Shown: positions 60,192 to 64,000 of the stretch, piece by piece | Position numbering within the stretch: position 1 is the stretch's first letter | How the letters are laid out: each line of letters starts with the position of its first letter | Assembly (NCBI RefSeq): GCF_009914755.1 | Contig: NC_060934.1 | Source: the human T2T-CHM13v2.0 reference genome, Homo sapiens | DNA length: 64,000 bases | Reading direction: 5' to 3' (one strand) | Program-made: the position numbers and the translations under genes | Notes under the pieces: generated by a model | The model's input: the letters and a program-made list of their open reading frames with translations, nothing else | What the model was told of the DNA's origin: nothing | Database searches by the model: none

Positions 60192-62447
60192 GACCTGTTT
60201 GTAACTTTCTGAAGCTAAACTTTTTGGCAATAAGATGCTACTCTGCAGAATCTGGTCATCATGTTTAACAAGGCTTTTACTAGAATGAGTCTTCAGATTC
60301 CTTACCAAGGAAGTATACTTACTGTGGCAAGGTTAACAACTGACTCACCCCATCCATCCTCCCCCTCATGGTGTTTCCCTACCTCCAAGCCATACGCATA
60401 GCCTAGAAATGAGGCTCTGCCAGACTAGTGGTGCATCGTGTCTGATAATCAAGTGAGTAAATCCAGTGAGTATTCTACAGAGAGGGCAGCAAGGAGCAGC
60501 TGTAGTCAGAGCCTCATCCCAGCTCCCATTTCTACCTTCATAGTCTTCTGCATATCTTTGGATGACTTTTTCTCCTTTGGTGCAATATGGTGCCTCTGTC
60601 CAGGGCTTCTGCCTTCCCTTCCCCTCTCCTCTCAGTTTTCCCCCAGTATTTTTTGCCCTTGCAATAAGCACTCAGCTTTCGGGTTAATTGTACAACTGTG
60701 CAAAAAATATCTGAGAAGAAAAAAAATTCTTCTATCGGCCCTCCCTCCCTCTTCCTTCTTTCATTCAATTCTGTACACATTATGTGGTCAAAAAGGGAAA
60801 ATTAATTTATACATCAAAGGAAAATGAGATGCCAGGTATCCTAGAACTTGAACTGCATAGTTAGAGCAGGAGAACCTAAAATAAGCAACAGGCATGGGTC
60901 CCACAGGTTAAAACATGACATGCGTGAAAGAAGAGCTAAGAAGGCTGGTACCAGGATTGTGAAATTTGCAAGTGATGAAGTGGGTAGGGAAGTAGCAATT
61001 TCCTTCCTTCCCATTGTTGCTTTTTCCACCCAGACAGGGCCAGCCCTGCACTGAGAAATGGGGACTAGGAAGGACTTTGTTATCAGACAGCATTAGGAAT
61101 GACAACTTATAGTCCCACAAGGAAGTGGATTCGTGTTAGTTCATCTCTGCTCTTAGGTTCTTAGGAATTTGTTCATGTCTAAAAGACACATCCAGATCAG
61201 GGACTGCTACATCAGTCTGACCTTGTTCAATTTCAAATCAACTCAATGTTCAAAGGAGGATCTGATACTAGCACGGTAGTGTGATGAACAAGTATTTTTC
61301 TTTGAGGACTTATAAGTCATTTTTATTTTTAATTGATAAATAATATTTTACATGAGCTCCTAGTGCTTGGGTAGTAGCTCAAATGTTCCCACCACAGTTA
61401 TGAGAGGGGAAAAAATGTGGAAGTCTGAGGTGTATAGGCTACACCCTGAGAGGGCAAGCAAGCCTCCCATACACCCATGAAGGTTTTCTATATGTCATAC
61501 TTCCTAAGATATAGTTCTGTTTTTTCTATATATCATACTTTCTGAGATTTTAAGTTTCTAAAGGACCAAGCAGATGGCAGTAGCCTTGGACTTCCTGTGG
61601 GATCTTACCACATCCGAAAATTCTATACCAGATTTCAGCTTCCCAAAAAGACTTAACACTTTCAGCAACAGAAAGTTTCATTTTTTTCGTTTAACTGGCA
61701 CACAAGAAACCATAAAGAAAGTAAGCCCCCAACACCCAGGCTCAGAAAGGAAAATCATTTGATTTATTGGTTATACAATGGATAACGGCAGAAAGTGAAC
61801 CCATTGCTTCTTGGATCATCTTCGCCAAGGGGAATTAATTACAACTAAGGATTCATTCCTAACTGTTTTATTTATACCTAAGCCTATTCATATGAAAAGG
61901 CAAAGATGACTTTTAGTTGTGAGAGAGTGAAAAATAGCCCCAGCACCTGACAGGTAGGCCTTAATGTCTTCAAGAAAACTAAACAACTTTTGTTCAATAT
62001 GAACAATAATTGAGCAAGCCAAGGCTGCACTGGGATATAACACAAGACAGAGATAACTGATTGGGTCTGAAACCAAACAGCAACAAGGATGCTCCACAAA
62101 TACAAAAATATCTGAACTTCTTTTTGTGCTGGCTCACACAAGTGACTACTCTTTCTTTACCAATGAATAGTGAATCCACTCGAATCTCTCCACCTTCAGA
62201 TAAAATTTACCATGATGCTCTTTTACTTCCTGACAGCAGCTTATCCAGAACTAGACTCCACTTCCCATAATCCCTCCTTAAAATTAGCCAGTACAAGCAC
62301 AAATTCTACAAGACCTATGCCCCACTAACTCCTTCTTACCAAAATACCTAATAATTCCTCTCATATGCCTCTTCTATGCTGCAGTAAGCTAAATAAGCCT
62401 AATATTTTTTTGGCCGTCAGTGAATCCCTGGTAGTTTTTGTTGGTAG

Positions 62448-62765
<318 letters not shown>

Positions 62766-62884
62766 TGAACTACAATAACTTAAAGCCCTACATCCAAAGC
62801 ACTTACTATTATAACCAGAAATTGTTGTGACAAGAGTCTTCAGAAATTTCTAAGTTCCCTACATCAAAAAGATTTTTACACAAG

Positions 62885-64000
62885 TGTGAAAGATTGTATT
62901 TTCCAAGGATGCTTCCACCAATATTTCCCATCTTATATGCTGTTCTGCAATATGGCCTTGCCATTCCCCTATCACAAGGTAAAGTTTAATTCTCTTTCTT
63001 TGAATCTGAACTGGCCTTACTAACTCTAGTAATCAATAAAATACAATGGAAGCAATGCTGTGTGACTTCTGAAGCTATATATAAAAAGTCCACATGGCTT
63101 CCGTCTACCCAATTTCTCTTATAGCATTAGCTCTCTTGATGATCCCTCCCCAGACAGATCCTCTCAGAATCCAGCCATCATGTTATGAAAAACCCAAGAT
63201 ACATGAAGAGCCAGTATTTGGTACTTCAGATAAAAGACTCAGCTGAGCCCAGCCTTCAAGTCATCTTATTCCAGCCACTAAAACATGTGAACACAGAAAC
63301 CTTTAAATTATTTCAGTCTTCAACCATTTTAGTCTGCCTGGCTAAGGCCCCAGACATGGTGGAGCAGAGGCGAGCCATGCTTATATACAATTTCCTGATC
63401 TACAGATCAGGAATCTATGAGCATTTAAAGATGATTGTTGCTTTGTGTCACTAAAACATGTATCATTCACCAGTTTGGGGATTGGACAGGAAATGAAAGT
63501 CTGCTAGGCTTCAAGAAAACTATCTATAAGAGGTTCAAGGAAAGTGAGAAAAATGTTTTGGAAGTTGAAGAAAAAGGGACCTTTGTTATGTAGTGGTAGA
63601 AAGTTTAGTGGAACTGTCACCTAGAGTAATATAGAAATTACTTAATGAATTGATAGATCTGTCTAAGATTTCCAGACAAAGTATCAACTGGTATCTCTTC
63701 CCTGAATATAATAGGATACAAAAAATGAGAGGTGTTAACAAGGAATTATTCCATCTTTGAGAAGAATTTAGAGGTACATAAAGGAAGTAGGATTTGCTGA
63801 GTCAATAATAAAACTGATTCTCAATCCCAGATCCTCAATCTAGAGAGCAAAAGATTCTCAAAGCAGGAAATGTCCTCGATGCAAAGATCAAATCCAGGTT
63901 GGGTTGTTGGATCCTTGTTAATAAGACCTCAGAAGCTGATCACAAGTGTCTCATGATTCAACTAGATAAAGACCTTCTAAGGAGCTTACGGATGTTCCTG
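62885..64000 (+). mobile_element. MLT1G/H-like LTR (to ~63455) followed by MLT1 internal sequence running off the window
   Basis: LTR motifs TGCTGTGTGACTTCTGAAGCTA and CCAGACATGGTGGAGCAGAG; internal-type GAAAAGGGACCTTTGTTATGTAGTGGTAGAAAGTTTAG. Confidence 0.72.

Overview
Primate, human-like genomic DNA; the AluY, LTR2 and MER11 copies point to a catarrhine. The window is AT-rich and dominated by transposable elements, consistent with a long intron or intergenic region. I cannot support any host protein-coding gene, RNA gene or CpG island; the ORF track is explained by L1 ORF1/ORF2 debris, Alu-derived frames and chance. The main contents are a ~5.6 kb dead L1PA7-like element (47382-52964, minus), several L1 3' fragments and 13 Alus. 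There are also three solo LTRs with visible TSDs (LTR2, MER11, LTR26), many MaLR/ERVL LTRs (some nested), hAT DNA-transposon fossils and L2/L3/MIR relics. I found no convincing new biological system. The best leads are small: a possible Alu-L1 chimeric insertion, an ultra-short young L1 inside the old L1, an LTR2 that has lost its poly(A) signal, a CpG-retaining hairpin carrying CRE-like sites, and a few candidate non-coding exons. Family assignments come from my recall of consensus sequences, not a database search, and boundaries of old elements are approximate.
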